Below, in pieces: positions 13,634 through 27,219 of a stretch of DNA of 64,000 nt (the first letter of the stretch is position 1; the number at the start of each line of letters is the position of its first letter). The DNA is from Gekko japonicus. Its lineage: Eukaryota. Where the stretch lies: the NCBI RefSeq assembly GCF_001447785.1, contig NW_015163156.1:200725-264724 (forward strand). Reading direction: 5' to 3'. A model generated the notes under the pieces. It made no database searches and had not been told where the DNA came from. It saw only the letters and a list, made by a program, of their open reading frames with translations. Both the position numbers and the translations under genes were made by a program.

Positions 13634-14800
13634 ATGGGATGAAATTGTGGGCTTGTCAAGCTTACAGTAGTAAAGAAACCTGTAATTGGTCTTTGCTTGA
13701 ATACAAGGCCAGCAGTTGTTTAGTTGCTCATTTTAAAAAATACAAAGTCTGTTTGGATATATATATATTTAAATGTAACTTGGTAATCTTTTATTTATGC
13801 TACTATACATTTTCTTTTGATTCTTGACAAATTCCAAAGATAGAAGATGCCGCTTCTATAAAATAAATGCCATCTAATGTTCTTTTGAATGATGGATTTG
13901 GTCCAGCTCTGAAAAGCCCCCCTGCACCTTTTCAGTTCTTTTATGGAATTGTTAGAAATTAATAATTTACATTTAGCAGCAACATTTCTCCTTTTTGTTT
14001 TACTTGATATAGTATGGAAATGAAACTTGATTGACAATAGGATTGACTCACTCATAGGGAAGAGGGATGCCTTCCCCTAGTGTTAGCCCTTTAGGGAGCT
14101 AAAGGTGACAATTTGGAAACTGGCTGGCCAGGATTAAGTGAGAAGGCATCCAAACAGAGGAAATGAAAACAATGTAAGCCACTTTGGGTCCCTGTTGGGG
14201 AAAAAGTGGGGTTTAAATGAAGTTATAAAGTAGTGTCTCTATAGGTTAACGGAGAACTGGGGGATTACGAGGAAGCTGATGTAGACTTGAGGTATCGCAA
14301 TGCAGTAAAACAGAAGTCCAGTGGTACCTTAAATTAGAACAGCTAGTTTCTAGTCCAATAGCATCTTAGAGACCTTAAAGTAGGGACACCAGTTCTCCCT
14401 TTTCAGCAGGGCGTTCCTTTCTTCTGCCTGCTGCCCCTTTGTTGGGTGGTGGTGGGGAAAGTACTCTTAAGTTTCAGCATTGCACCATAGAGTTTGGGCG
14501 AATCCTAGAGCTTCACATTCAGCATGGTGGTATCACTACCAGGGATTTGTTGGAAGTGACTTTGTGCCATTGGCACAACTTCCTCTCCCACTCCCTGCCC
14601 CTGCCTCTCCCACTGTCTACAGTGGCTGACAAACCTACATTAAGGCTGGACAACATTTATTCCAGTAGGAGCTTTCATGACTCAGAGATGCCCATTCAGG
14701 TCCTATAAAATTATCTCAGGCATAGACAATAATGGGTCTGGAACAGCTTACTGCTTGCTGATCTGGTAAAACTATGTCCAGCGTACACATTGTTCATCAC

Positions 14801-14805
<5 letters not shown>

Positions 14806-14868
<63 letters not shown>
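14806..14868. repeat. Compound microsatellite (CT)n(CA)n
   Basis: Seen directly. Confidence 0.95.
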
Positions 14869-14870
<2 letters not shown>

Positions 14871-15292
14871 GTTTTAACACTAGAAAACTCGTATGTCAAA
14901 GAGAAGGTCCAAGCTAGAACTTCCCCCTGACATTTTGTTTTCTATGTGGAGGGAAATTGGTGCTGTGGCAAAACAGTCATTCATGTGAACTCCCACTGGT
15001 CTGGATGCAGCTGGGGTTGCGAACCTCCAGAAGGGGCATGGAGTTCTCTCAGAATTAAAACTTATTTCCAGGCTACAGAGACCAGTTTCCCTGTATAAAA
15101 TGGCAGTTTCAAGCGCTGACTGTATGGCATCACATCCCTCTGAGTTCCCTCCCTTCCCCAAACTCCACCTTTTCCAGGTTCTGCCCCCTAAAACTCCAGG
15201 AATTTCCCAACCCAGAATTGGCAACTGTAGGTACAGTTCAAGCACCAGTTTAATAACTCCACTGAGAACTAGACCTCAAATATATGTGATAA

Positions 15293-15425
15293 TCCTTCCT
15301 TCCTTCCTTCCTTCCTTCCTTCCTTCCTCATTGTTACAAAATTCTGTGTTCCTAGTTCTATTGCATCATTTATGGAATCCGTTCTTCCTTCCTTCCTTCC
15401 TTCCTTCCTTCCTTCCTTCCTTCCT
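15293..15425. repeat. Two (CTTC)n microsatellites separated by a short unique spacer
   Basis: Seen directly at about 15293-15327 and 15384-15425. Confidence 0.9.
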
Positions 15426-16159
15426 TTCTCAGACGAAAGCAATCTATCCTCTTAGGGTATTGATGGTGTTCCCTGGCTTGAAAAAATATATATCAGTAGG
15501 ACAGAAGACAGACAGCGTGTCTAAATTCTGGGTTTACCATTCTGTTCTTTGAGTCATCACAAACCATGACAGGAAATGCTAAAACAAACAGGAGGAAAAC
15601 ATAGTTTGTCATACATTTTAGAAACAAAACTAAAACAATATTTGTCTCCCTAGAAAGCAAATTAAAACAGTTTCATGCTCATGTGTTTTCAAACTCTCAA
15701 ACTCCTTTATATCTAAATTCATTCCAGATAATGTCTAGAACAACACTGTCAGTGTTTATGCTGGCATTGGAAAGGTGCTCTTTATTTAGTTTCCAGGGAA
15801 TATCCTTTCAATCCCCAACTTGTTAATATCACGAGGATTCTAGTTTAACAAGATGATTTGTTCTCTCCTCTTAGCTATATTAAATGTGAAGGAGTAAATA
15901 GATAACCTGAGAAGTTTTTTTTTTTTTTAAGGAACATAGATTAAATAAAAATCGGAAATTCAGTGTGTTCTCAAGTGTGCAGTAGATGCACACCATGCAG
16001 CAAGTACATGTCGTGATTGGGTTTTTAAAAGACGTTCGCCTCCCCACTGACTGACAGGGCCTATTGATTTTTTAGGTTTCTGCCGTCATCAGTTTTCAGC
16101 CTCACAGCGGCCATATGTCGAGGTCAGGGCGCACAGGGGCTCAGCCAGGCAGCCTTCGC

Positions 16160-16338
16160 NNNNNNNNNNNNNNNNNNNNNNNNNNNNNNNNNNNNNNNNN
16201 NNNNNNNNNNNNNNNNNNNNNNNNNNNNNNNNNNNNNNNNNNNNNNNNNNNNNNNNNNNNNNNNNNNNNNNNNNNNNNNNNNNNNNNNNNNNNNNNNNNN
16301 NNNNNNNNNNNNNNNNNNNNNNNNNNNNNNNNNNNNNN
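16160..16338. other. N block, 179 nt
   Basis: Seen directly; unique flanks. Confidence 0.95.
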
Positions 16339-17630
16339 AAGGCTGAGCCATGTAGCACTTTCTTTTTCCTTTGTTTGTCTGCCAAATATGACAGGGTTAG
16401 CATTTCCACTTAATTTCTGAGACAGCAATTTCCCCCACCTCTCCCTCCATTAATCTATAAAGTGAACTGTATGCTGTGAGGGATTTTGGCAACTCATTTT
16501 AAAAAAAAGAAGATAATCTAATGTTATGGATCAGTGTATTATTAAGTATATAATACTTTTTCTCTAAAAAGTGATTCCTAAGCTTTTTAAAAGCGTTTCA
16601 ACTTTCCAGTTTTGTAAGAGAGATCCCATTTTACAGATGTGGTAACTGAGTATGTAATATTGTGACCTGATCAAGGTCATTTGGCAGCTCCAGGAGAAAC
16701 AGAATGTTTTGGAGGTCATTAATTCATAGGGCTGCCATAAATTGGAAACAGCTTGGCAGCACATAGCACATATCTATTCTGCTTCTGGCACTGTATGTTT
16801 ATGGGCTTTTGTAGAATTATTTTATACTTTAAAATTTTGTTTTTAATTGGTCAAGTGGTTTAATATTCACCACCTTGAGGACGCTGATCGGATAGAAAGG
16901 AGGCATAAAAACGTTCAGAATAAATAAATAAATGACATGCACTCTGATGTGTATTCAGAGCTACTGTGTGCAAGTGGCCCCACTGACTGAAGTGTCAGGT
17001 AGCCCCCCTTGTGTCATTGGATGGTCATGTGGAGCCACTCCTGACATTAAAGTCAATAGAGAAACCCTTGTGTGTTCAAGAACACAATGTCTGTTCCTTT
17101 GCGTTAAGTGATCTTCTTCACCAGAGGGAGCATGTCAAAGATTTAACAAGGGTTTGAACTTTGGTCAAGTTGTCCATTATGTCCACTAAGCCAATTTGTG
17201 AAAGCTCCTGTACATTGTAAAATCACTTCCTGCTCTCAGGACATTAGAGGCCTCTTGTCCTGGGAGGAGGGGGCTAAAACATCTACTCAGTAATCAGGAC
17301 TAAGGTTAGGAACGGAGGATAAATAGGAGAGAGATAGTTAACGGTTCTGTTCTGTTTTGTTTTGTATGCCAATAAAGGCTTGTCAAAGTAAAGAGCTCAC
17401 ATATATGTCTAAATCTGCTTGTATTGTATAGTGGTTTAAAAATATAGTAAATTAATAAATATAGAAACTAACATTTCCCATCATTGGGAGTATCTTGTAT
17501 TTTGTCAGTCCTTTGCTGGACATACTAAACCTTATTGCCCATTTAGCATCTTGGTGTAAAATTTTCTCTTTCTTGTTATGGAGAATTTAAACTGAAAGAA
17601 CAATAAATATTTTTATTGTTGTCTTAATAG

Positions 17631-17678
17631 ATGAAGATATACTACATGAGAAAGTATATGGCTATGTTGTGTGATTAG
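17631..17678 (+). CDS. Putative terminal coding exon (MKIYYMRKYMAMLCD*)
   Basis: Acceptor tttttattgttgtcttaatag; phase-0 reading compatible with exon 3780-3948; TAG at 17676-17678; AATAAA at 17737-17742. Confidence 0.5.
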   Translation: MKIYYMRKYMAMLCD

Positions 17679-18487
17679 AATCTTTGTCTCCTTGTTTAGT
17701 TAAAAATCTATACAATTACAGAGTACAGTTATGCTAAATAAACAGTTTTCCCTCCCTCCCTCCCTCCCTCCCTCCCTCCTTCCCTACCCACACACACATG
17801 TGAAAACTGCAAGGATTTGTGGGGAGATTCTCATTTCCCTCTCCCCTGCTTTCCTCCTTCCCTTAAAGCCCCCATACCCCCTCCCATTTTCCTGCCTCCT
17901 TCTCTCCTTCCCATCTATCAGCCAAACTACCTTGATCTCCCCTGCCTGCTCCCCCCCCAGCAACAGTGGAGGGGGACTCCCAACCTTCCACCTGCTTCTT
18001 TCCCCCCAGCAACAGCAGTGGTGGCAGCTCTTCCAGCCACCTACTCACTTCCTCCCCTCAGCAACTGCAATGGCATTTCTGTGCAGGTATTGAGAGGTGA
18101 GTTTGTGGGATGTATATGTGTGTAAAAACCTGGGGAGCCCTCCAAGTTTGCAGATAAATATTCTTACTCTCTACCTGGCCATGATCCACACTTTTAAGTA
18201 TCGGCAGATCAGGGCAGAACTGGCTATTAGATATATAGACAAATGTGGACCGTGATTCTCCCCAGCCTGCCCAACCCCAACTTCACTGCAGCTCCATGTG
18301 TCCCCCCCACCATTGTCACTGCTGGACCTGGTGCAGCTGCCAACATGGCTCCCAACAGCACCACCACAGCGCACCAGGCTGGGTACAGCTCCCTACCCTG
18401 CCCAATGTGTTTGCTGCTGTCCCCAGGACCTGGTGTAGCTCCTGGTGAAGCTAGGGTTCGGTGGGCTGAGGGGGAGCTGCTGCTGTT

Positions 18488-19551
18488 ACCGCTACCTCCA
18501 TTGAGGTGGTGAAAGTGGGATTGGATGGGCTGGGGGGGCACTGTGCCAGCAAAGCTGAGCTTGGGGAGGTTGGAGGGTCAGAGATCTGTGCCAGACCTGG
18601 ATTCTCATACCCCCAGCCAAATTGCCCAGCTGAAGTGCTGCCAATGCCTGGCTATAGCAGCTCCTCTTCACAGCTCCAACACAGAAGCATAGTCTGCACA
18701 TGCACAGACAATGGTCCTTTATTTGGGGGGGCATTTAAACCGACTTTTTTGCATTTTTCCCCCTGCAAACCCTTCCCCTCAGTTTGCATGAAAACTTCCT
18801 GCTCTCCATCTAACCCCAATCCGCAGATTTAAGTACATGCAAATTGAGGCATAGTTGGCTATTAGATATTATGATAATACAAATTAAACCCTATGAATCT
18901 GTTCCACTAACAGCAGAGCCTTCTTTCAGTGCACGGTGCCTTTTTCTAGGAAGAACCAAAGAAGTAGATGTATTATGTTATGTACAATTATTGATTTACT
19001 TCATTCATACACTGCCTTTCTCCCCAATGGCACCGCTACCTCCATCGAGGTGGTGGTGAAAGTGGGGTTGGATGGGCTGGGGAGGTTGGAGGGTCAGAGA
19101 TCTGTGTCAGACCTGGATTCTCATACCCCCAGCCAGATCGCCCAGCTGAAGTGCTGCCAATGCCTGGCTATAACAGCTCCTCTTCACAGCTCCAATGCAG
19201 AAGCATAGTCTGCACATGCACAGACAATGGTGCTTTGTTTGGGGGGGCATTTAAACTGACTTTTTTGCATTTCCCCCCCCCTGCAAACCCTTCCCCCCAG
19301 TTTGCTTGAAAACTTCCTGTTCTCCATCTAACCCCAATCCGCAGATTTAAGTACATGCAGATTGGGGCATAGTTGGCTATTAGATATTATGATAATACAA
19401 ATTATTAACCCCTATGAATCTGTTCCACTAACAGCAGAGCCTTCTTTCAGTGCACGGTGCCTTTTTCTAGGAAGAACCAAAGAAGTAGATGTATTATGTT
19501 ATGTACAATTATTGATTTACTTCATTCATACACTGCCTTTCTCCCCAATGG
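18488..19551. repeat. Tandem duplication, about 520-540 bp unit
   Basis: 18488-19030 repeated at 19032-19551 with scattered substitutions and a short deletion in copy 2. Confidence 0.95.
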
Positions 19552-19589
19552 GAACCCAGAACCACTTAAATTGTTCTCTTCTTCTTCAT

Positions 19590-21600
19590 GGAGCTATGAA
19601 GAATGAAACGGGAGCTGAAACAGCTAGAGCATATGTGGCGGCGAACTCATGAGGAAGCTTCAAGAACATCTTATAGGACGTTTATGAAAGCCGCGAAGAA
19701 GGAATTCTATGTGACTTCCATTGCATCTGTAAGCTCTCGCCCAGCTCAGTTATTCAGAATAATTAGGTCACTAACCTCCCTTACACAGGCAACTCAAAAA
19801 ATTAGTAAATTGGCGATCAGATGTGAGGCTTTTGTGAGTTATTTTGCTGATAAAATCCATCCCTCTGCCAAGACTTGCCAGCCACCATTCATACAGTAGT
19901 AGAGCTGGAGGCCCCTTAGCCATCTTTAGGTCCAACAATGGACTGTTTCAGCCAACTCTCCCAGGATAAGGTTAACAGGATCTTGGCTGCTGTGAAGACC
20001 ACTACTTGCCTCTTAGATCCATGTTCGTCATGGCCGGCGGTGATGGAATAGGGCCCCCCTGGCAGATATCATCAATTTGTTCCTGAGTTCAGGGACTTTC
20101 CCAGGGGCTTTAAAGAAGAAGAAGAAGAAGAGATTGGATTTATACCCCGCCCTTCACTACCCAGAGGAGTCTCAGAGTGGTTTACAAACTCCTTTCCCTT
20201 CCCCTCCCCACAACAGACACCCTGTGAGGTGGGTGGGGCTGAGAGAACTCTTGACAGAAACTGCTCTTTTTCAAGGACAGCTGTGCCAGAGCTTGTGACT
20301 GACCCAAGGTCACATCAGCAGGTGCAAGTGGAGGAGTGGGGAATCAAACCTGGTTCTCCCAGATTAGAGTCCGCGCACTTAACCACTACACCAAACTGGC
20401 TCTCACCACAGGAGGCTGTGGTGAGACTGCTCTTTTAAAAAACCAACTCTGTATCCTACTGATTCAACCAACTACCACCCAGTGTTCATCCTTCCATTCT
20501 GAGGTAAGGTATTTGAAAGAGCGGTAGCAGGACAGCTCCAAGTTTTCCTGGATGACTCCTCTGTCCTGGATCTATTCCAGTCTGGCTTTTGCCCTGGCTA
20601 CGGAACAGAGATGGCATTGGTCACCCTCACGGACAACCTCCAGAGACGCCTGGATTTGAGGCGGGTCACCACTGATGTCACTACTTGATCTGACAGCAGT
20701 GTTTGATATGGTCAATTTCAGTGGAGGCCCAAATCACAAATGTTGCTAGAGCTGCACTTTGCCATCTTTGAAAGCTCAAGCAACTGGCTCTCTTATCTCT
20801 CTTCCTGCAACATAGCCACAGTGATCCCTGCAATGGTCACCTCCAGACTTGACTACTGTAACTCACTGTATGTGGGGCTACCCTTGAGAGTGACCTGGAA
20901 ACTTCAGCTGCTCCAAAATGCAGTGACGCGTGTCCTCACCGGGACACCATTAAGAGCTCACATACAACTGGTGCTCTGCCAGCTGCACTGACTCCCAGTT
21001 GAATACTGGATCAGGTTCAAGGTTATGATGCTAACCTTTAAAGCCATATGCCACCCGGGACTTACATATCTGCAGGACAGTCTCTCACAGCACGTCCCTC
21101 AAAGAGACTTGCACTCTATGGACCAACATCTTCTGGTGATCCCCAGCCCAAAAGATATCTGCTTAGCCTCAACCAGAGCCAGAGCCTTTTCAGCTTTGGC
21201 ACTGGCCTGGTGGAGCACTCTCCCAAGTGAGTTCAGGGCTTTGTGGGACTTATTGCAGTTCTGTAAAATGGAGATGTTCCTCCAGGCCTATGGTTGAGGC
21301 GGCGGAAGTCCATCTACATTGGCCTCCTCTGCTCTGCATGGTACTTTGTGTCATCTGCTTTACTGCTTTCTCGCAGCCCACTTGCCCTACTACTAATCAC
21401 CATTCCAAAGTACACACCTATAGAGCTTATGGGAACAGTGTTAACTTGTGCCTAATCGCCATCTAATGAGTTAGCTATCTGATGTTTGTATAGATTTTAA
21501 TGATGGTGTAAGTGATTATGTTTTGGTTTAAATTCATTGTCTTATATTTATCGTTGTAACCCGCCCTGAGCCTTGCTGTGCAGGGGAGGGTGGACTAGAA
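19590..21600 (+). mobile_element. Decayed L2 LINE (ORF2 fragments and 3' end), interrupted by a SINE
   Basis: Peptides SSRPAQLFRII, SRLDYCNSLYVGLP, LQLLQNAVTRVLTG; many stops and frameshifts; 3' ccgccctgagcc...gggagggtgg tail. Confidence 0.85.
20113..20404 (-). mobile_element. Squam3-type tRNA SINE
   Basis: Head gccagtttggtgtagtggttaag on minus, (TTC)n tail; close to the copy at 62039. Confidence 0.85.
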
Positions 21601-22529
21601 ATCAAATCTCTCTCCCCGCAAGCTAACCAATAATAAATAAATAAACCTTGCCAAAAATAAATTTTATCCTCATAATAACCCTGTGAGGTAGGATAGTCTG
21701 AGAATGTGTAATTGGCCTAAGATCACCCAAGTTGCTATGGCAGAGTGGGAATTCAAACAAAACCCTAATCTGAGGCGCTAACAACTACAACACAGTGGCC
21801 ATTCCATACAACTAAAAAAAGAAAATGTTTCCTTGAGACCTCTGAAGTAGCATTCCAGCTACAGGCATCTCAGAATATTGATTAGATTGCTTTTGGCAAT
21901 TGAGTTATTGATATGTTTTTAGGCTGTTTGTTAGAGTTTATTTGAATACAAGAAAGTTCAGACTCTTATTTATTCATGTTATATAGCTGGTGTATTAGAT
22001 GCGTTCTAATGCATGCTGTTGTTCTAGTTAATTTTTTCTGCTTTCTGTTGTGAAGAATCTTTGTAGTAAAGTTGACTTTAGTTCTCAGACCATCTTCAGC
22101 ATTCAGTGTATATCTGTTTATGTTCTTGGTCACTTCTAAATGATGACCTTTTCCAGGTCAGAAATCTATGCACGGAGGGAGGGGTCAACGTTGTATATGC
22201 TAGTGTCTGTCATGACTAGGGTTGTCAAGTATTCACTGGTGGCAGGCGATTGCCCTTTGCCTATGAATTCAGTAGTGGGGGGGAGGAATAGTGTGGTTAA
22301 ACCAGTGCTGTGTGTGCAGTTCTGCCCCAAAACTGGAAGTGATACAGTGACATTACATGGTTTTGCAGCAGAAATCTGTGGATTCCCTGGACTGTCACCC
22401 CAATGAGGTGGCATCGCTTCTGTTTTTTTGCTGTCCCTCTCCCACTGGAACCCCTTCACACTGCAGTAGACTTTCTGCTGTCAACACTAATCCTGATTTC
22501 CACACATGAGATTCTGATGTGTCCAGAAC

Positions 22530-22734
22530 CAATGCTCCCTCTAAGCTGTGGAGTCTTGTGAGCAAAAATTCTACTTTGTGAGCGACTGGCATAAAAGTTG
22601 TGAGTGAGCACTTTGGATACTGCATAGATTAATTTGCTCTGGAGCCCTCCTTCCTGAGCTAAGACAAAAATGTGTGAGCCGGAGGCAAAAAAAACTGAGC
22701 TAGCTCACCCTAACTCAGCTTAGAGGGAACACTG
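22530..22734. mobile_element. hAT (Tip100-like) MITE
   Basis: TIR CAATGCTCCCTCTAAGCTG/CAGCTTAGAGGGAACACTG; perfect 8-bp TSD tccagaac. Confidence 0.9.
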
Positions 22735-24942
22735 TCCAGAACCTATGGATATTCATATAAATACACAGAATATCTGATGATGCAATCTGGGTGGGTGGGG
22801 GCCAGTGGTATAGATCATGCAGTCACAGCCTCTGTGTATGGTGAGTATTATGCACATAGCCCTTGTTCAGATGGAATCTTGAATGTGTTCAGCTCAGATA
22901 CATGTGTAATCCTGACGTTTTCTATATATACACACACACACATGTATGTATGTATATGCACATGGACATGGCTAGAGAATACTTAAAGGTAGTATTAAAT
23001 TGGCCACATTAGGGCTGGCTTTTTAATTTTTTACTTTTAGAGGTAGTAAAGATAACAAAAGTCAGACTGTTCTTCTAGATACAAATGAAAATTGTCAAGA
23101 AATGTGTATGTGTCAATAATTTACAAGTACAGTGCATATGGAGTTTCCAAAGTTGAAGTAGAAATGAATTGTGATCATACATGCTTTGCCATGTGTGAAT
23201 GTGATCAGATACACCATTGTTCAGAGCAATAAAAAATGAGACAAATGCAGGAGAAAGAATATTTTGAAAAATCCATGGAATATGTTGCCATCTAGGATTT
23301 GAATTATTTGCTGATTGGCATTAAGTAGTTAATATTGTTCCTCCAAGAGAAGGGAGACTGTAACAGCAAACATTTTAGAAAGAAGCTGGATTTGGTGTAG
23401 GGCTTAGCCTAATTACATTATCCTTTTTGTGCGCTAGGTGCTTACACCATTGTTATAATCAAATCCTGCTAGTGATCCATGAAGCTTGAATTAGCCAGAC
23501 GTAACCTATCTACAACAGGTAATGCTTAGAAGGAAGTGCCAAGCATGTTTCAGAAATGCTTGAGTGTAAAATTACTTTAAATAAAGCAGAGCTAGCTGGA
23601 TGATTGTTAGCTTTCATGTTTGATAGGGATCTCAGCAGGAGTGTGAAAAGGGTGACCATATTTTAACTGGAATATAATTGAAGATATTGTCCATTGTTTG
23701 TTGGCAAATGATGCTTTTTTCACTGGTAACACTTTCATACCAAAATATGAGGAAAACGCTAACAAGGGAGGTGGTTATTCTGTGGACTCAGGTTTTCAGC
23801 CACTGCTGTCAATCCTTTCTCTTGTTTTTATATTGTTAGTGATCCATATTTATTTTTATTAAGGTGTGTCATAATTACCCATACCCATAGATAGACATGA
23901 GAAGTGATAGCATGTGAGGATAGTTACCTGGAGTGGGCCACCTTGGGAACAGATACCAGGTGTTGGGTTTTTTGGGGGGGGTTTGCATTCGTGTTATAGA
24001 CTTTTTCATTTGGGGAAAAATTGAGCACACACATATTTCACTTTACTGATTTAGGGCAAAGGGTCTTCAGTGGTAACATTCTGGGCTGCACATTAGGAAG
24101 AACTTTGGGTCTGAATCTCACCATGGTGCCTGGATTTACAAAATGGGCTGTTCACAGAATTATGATTTGAAACAGCTCAATTGCAGGACTCCCAGTGAAG
24201 ACCTGCTCACCAATTACTATTTTCATTTCTTGATGACTGCAAGGGGCAAGCCCATGGCAACAAATAGCATAACAGGAGAGCATTGCCTGTATTTTATATG
24301 GGGGGAGGGATTATCAGAAGTTCTGCAGATACTAAGAATTTCTTGGAAAGTCCTTAAAGGTATTGCATTATTCCTATCCGTTGTTACTCATGCCCTTAAA
24401 AAAAATGGAAAAGAATCATACATGCATCAGCTGGCCTTTCAGGGAGTGGGGAGGGGATCATCCAAGGTGTCTGCAAATACATGTTTCTTAAACATTTTAA
24501 AAATATATTCTGTTATTTCTTTGCAGAAGCATGTGTCACCCATACTTCTAAAAATAAAAATCCCATTGTGAATGGAGAATTCTGAGGGTCATGTGGTCAC
24601 ACAGAGGGGGAGGGGGTTTTCAGTGCACATCAGGTGTGAAAAATGAACACTGAAAATGGAGAGAAATCAGATTATCCTAGGCAGTCTGGAATCTCTGTGC
24701 CAAGGTAATTTCACGAAGAATTGCATCAAGTAACACACTACCATGGAAATCCACCCTGGTGTGGATCCAACCCTGATCTGTGCGTAAATCCTGCATGTTG
24801 TCCTCTGCTTCTTGTCTCTTTTCTGCCTCCCCTCTGGGAGAATATACGGTCATCTCTGTCACCAAGCATTTGCAGGGGGCAGTGCTTCACAACCAAGTGT
24901 GGCCTATGAATTCAGCTGTCACAACAACCCAAAGTTTACTAT

Positions 24943-25473
24943 GGCTGCGGTCACACGTAACAGAAGCCACACAAGTGAGACGGAAAACAGGCAGAGTTTC
25001 CGGGCGTGATCTCACCAGCACATCTGGGAAGCGTAGCACTCCCGTGGCTCAACCGAGGCTTCCAGCCGAAACTGCGTGGCAAAAAACTAGTACCTTGGAG
25101 GTACTAGTTTCCGGAAACTGCGGGGCAAGGGCGGGCGTCTGATCGCGTTTCCGGTGGCATCCGGCGCCCGCCCATGTCCCCTTGCAAATAAGGTGGGTTT
25201 TTTTGTCCAAGTCTCTGTGGATGCGCATGCGCACCCAACGGAGCATGCGCATTTGTCATGTACACAAAAATAAAAAACAGTTTGCCGCGGCGCGCACTTC
25301 TTCGTTGCGCGCCGGCTTGTCCTGTGATCGGCACCTCTCCCTTGCCATGGAACCTCCACGGTACCTCCACAGGACCTCCACAGGAGGTCTGATCGCGTAA
25401 CTGCGCAGTAGTTTTCCCCAGGGCAAACAGCCACGCTTCTCCTCTGCAGTTTCCTGCCCGTGTGACCGGGGCC
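24943..25473. mobile_element. PIF/Harbinger-like MITE, CpG-rich
   Basis: 15-bp TIR GGCTGCGGTCACACG/CGTGTGACCGGGGCC (2 mismatches); 3-bp TSD tat; several internal palindromes. Confidence 0.75.
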
Positions 25474-26043
25474 TATAGTTAACAAACCAGCTACAGACTC
25501 TAGTTTGACATTCTAGATTGGTACCTACCAACAAACTGATTGGTTGGACAGTATGCATTTAGATTGTACAACTGACTGGAGTTTTAATGAACCACAGTTT
25601 ATTGTGATGTCTGAAAGCAGCCACTGTCAGAAGGAATAGACCCCAAAATGGCTTGCAAAGGATGAGGCAGTCTGGAATTTTCCCATGTTTTTTGTTTCCT
25701 CAGCAGGGATTGCTCAGCATCTTTGTAATTTTTGCCTTACAGGAAGAGTGGGTAACTCTACATGAAATTAGTGTCAACTTCCTCAAACCCAAGATGGCCT
25801 GGTTTATAACTCAAAACCACTGTATTCAGTCATTATGGCAGCACTGTGAATAAAACTTCCTATAAACAGAGTGCCTTGTTTAATGCCCACACTATTACAA
25901 TAAAATGTAGTGGAGTATAATTAATAAATGTGTTGGTGACCTTGAAAATTATTGTTTCCTATTCCTGTAAACAAACCCAGTTTCCTTTTATTATTATCAT
26001 TTTTTTCCGCATGTGGCAATTTGGCATAAACACTAGTTTTCAT

Positions 26044-26175
26044 NNNNNNNNNNNNNNNNNNNNNNNNNNNNNNNNNNNNNNNNNNNNNNNNNNNNNNNNN
26101 NNNNNNNNNNNNNNNNNNNNNNNNNNNNNNNNNNNNNNNNNNNNNNNNNNNNNNNNNNNNNNNNNNNNNNNNNNN
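26044..26175. other. N block, 132 nt
   Basis: Seen directly; unique flanks. Confidence 0.95.
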
Positions 26176-26595
26176 CAATGGTTTATGGGGGAGAATAAAC
26201 AGAGCAATACTGCATATGGGCTTGAGTGATATCTGCACTTTGGGAAGATATTATTATAATTTCCAAAGCTCATGTGAGAGGTTTGTGACCATGGGAGGAG
26301 AAGATAAAATGTTTTATAAGATTCATTAGAGGAGCTGGCCTAGGTTTGGTAAGCCTTGTGGATTGAAGATATTAAAAATCAGATTCCTTTTGACCCCATT
26401 AATTGCTTTCATGAGGTTTATCTTGCTGAAGAAGGGAGGCAGTATTACAAAGGTTTACCATTGCTATGCTCATTAAAACCACACTACAACTATATAGCTT
26501 CATGGAGTAAAAATATATATTCTAGGTGTTTATTGAAAATATATCACTTTGGGGGATATGACCTTAAGTTAAAATGTTCAGAATCTCTAACTCAG

Positions 26596-26793
26596 GCCCT
26601 GACCTGGATAGCCCAGGCAAGCCTGATCTCGTCAGATCTTGGAAGCTAGGCAGGGTCAACCCTGGCAAGTATTTGGATGGGTGTTCTCCAGGGAATACCA
26701 GGGCCAGGAGGCCACTTCTCTGAATGTCCTCCATGCCCCAATAGGAGTTGCCAGAGGTCACCATGACTTTCAGACATGGACACACACACACAA
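26596..26793 (+). mobile_element. 5S rRNA-derived SINE (5S-Sauria type)
   Basis: gcctgatctcgtcagatcttggaagctaggcagggtc...agtatttggatggg...gggaatacc resembles 5S rRNA, followed by non-5S body and (CA)n tail. Confidence 0.8.
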
Positions 26794-27219
26794 AATGCAA
26801 AAATACCTCAAAAAAGAATCTTTAGCTCAGTGCACAACCATATTCTGTCTGTCTACCACAACTTTTTCTCATGTCTTTGAGCAACCAGAAACAGTTGTAC
26901 ACACTGTACAAACAGTGTGTACTGTGCAACCAGAAACAAAGTACACACCTTTCTTTCTTTCTCAAATCCCATTGCTCAGCTTTGCAGTAGTATCAGAATT
27001 CAAGTCATTTGGCTCCTCATGCTCAGAAAATAATATTTCCTGGGAAACTCGTAGAATGGTCATTATCCCTTGACAATTGATAAAGAACCAGTCACCATTC
27101 ATAAAGTAGTTTCAATAAGCCTACTGAATAGTGAAGCTCTCCCTTCATGGTAATGTGTTCTGAAAGTTAGATTTGGCCCCACTTCCTAGTGTGCTTAGCA
27201 TACTTAAAAAAACAACAAC

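Noticed and set aside
16137-16349. Short inverted matches flanking N block 2 (cagcctt/aaggctg, ggctcagcc/ggctgagcc)
   Set aside because: Only 7-9 nt and partly self-palindromic; cannot be judged with the interior masked.
26596-26705. 5S rRNA gene
   Set aside because: Diverged from 5S and continues into a SINE body and tail.
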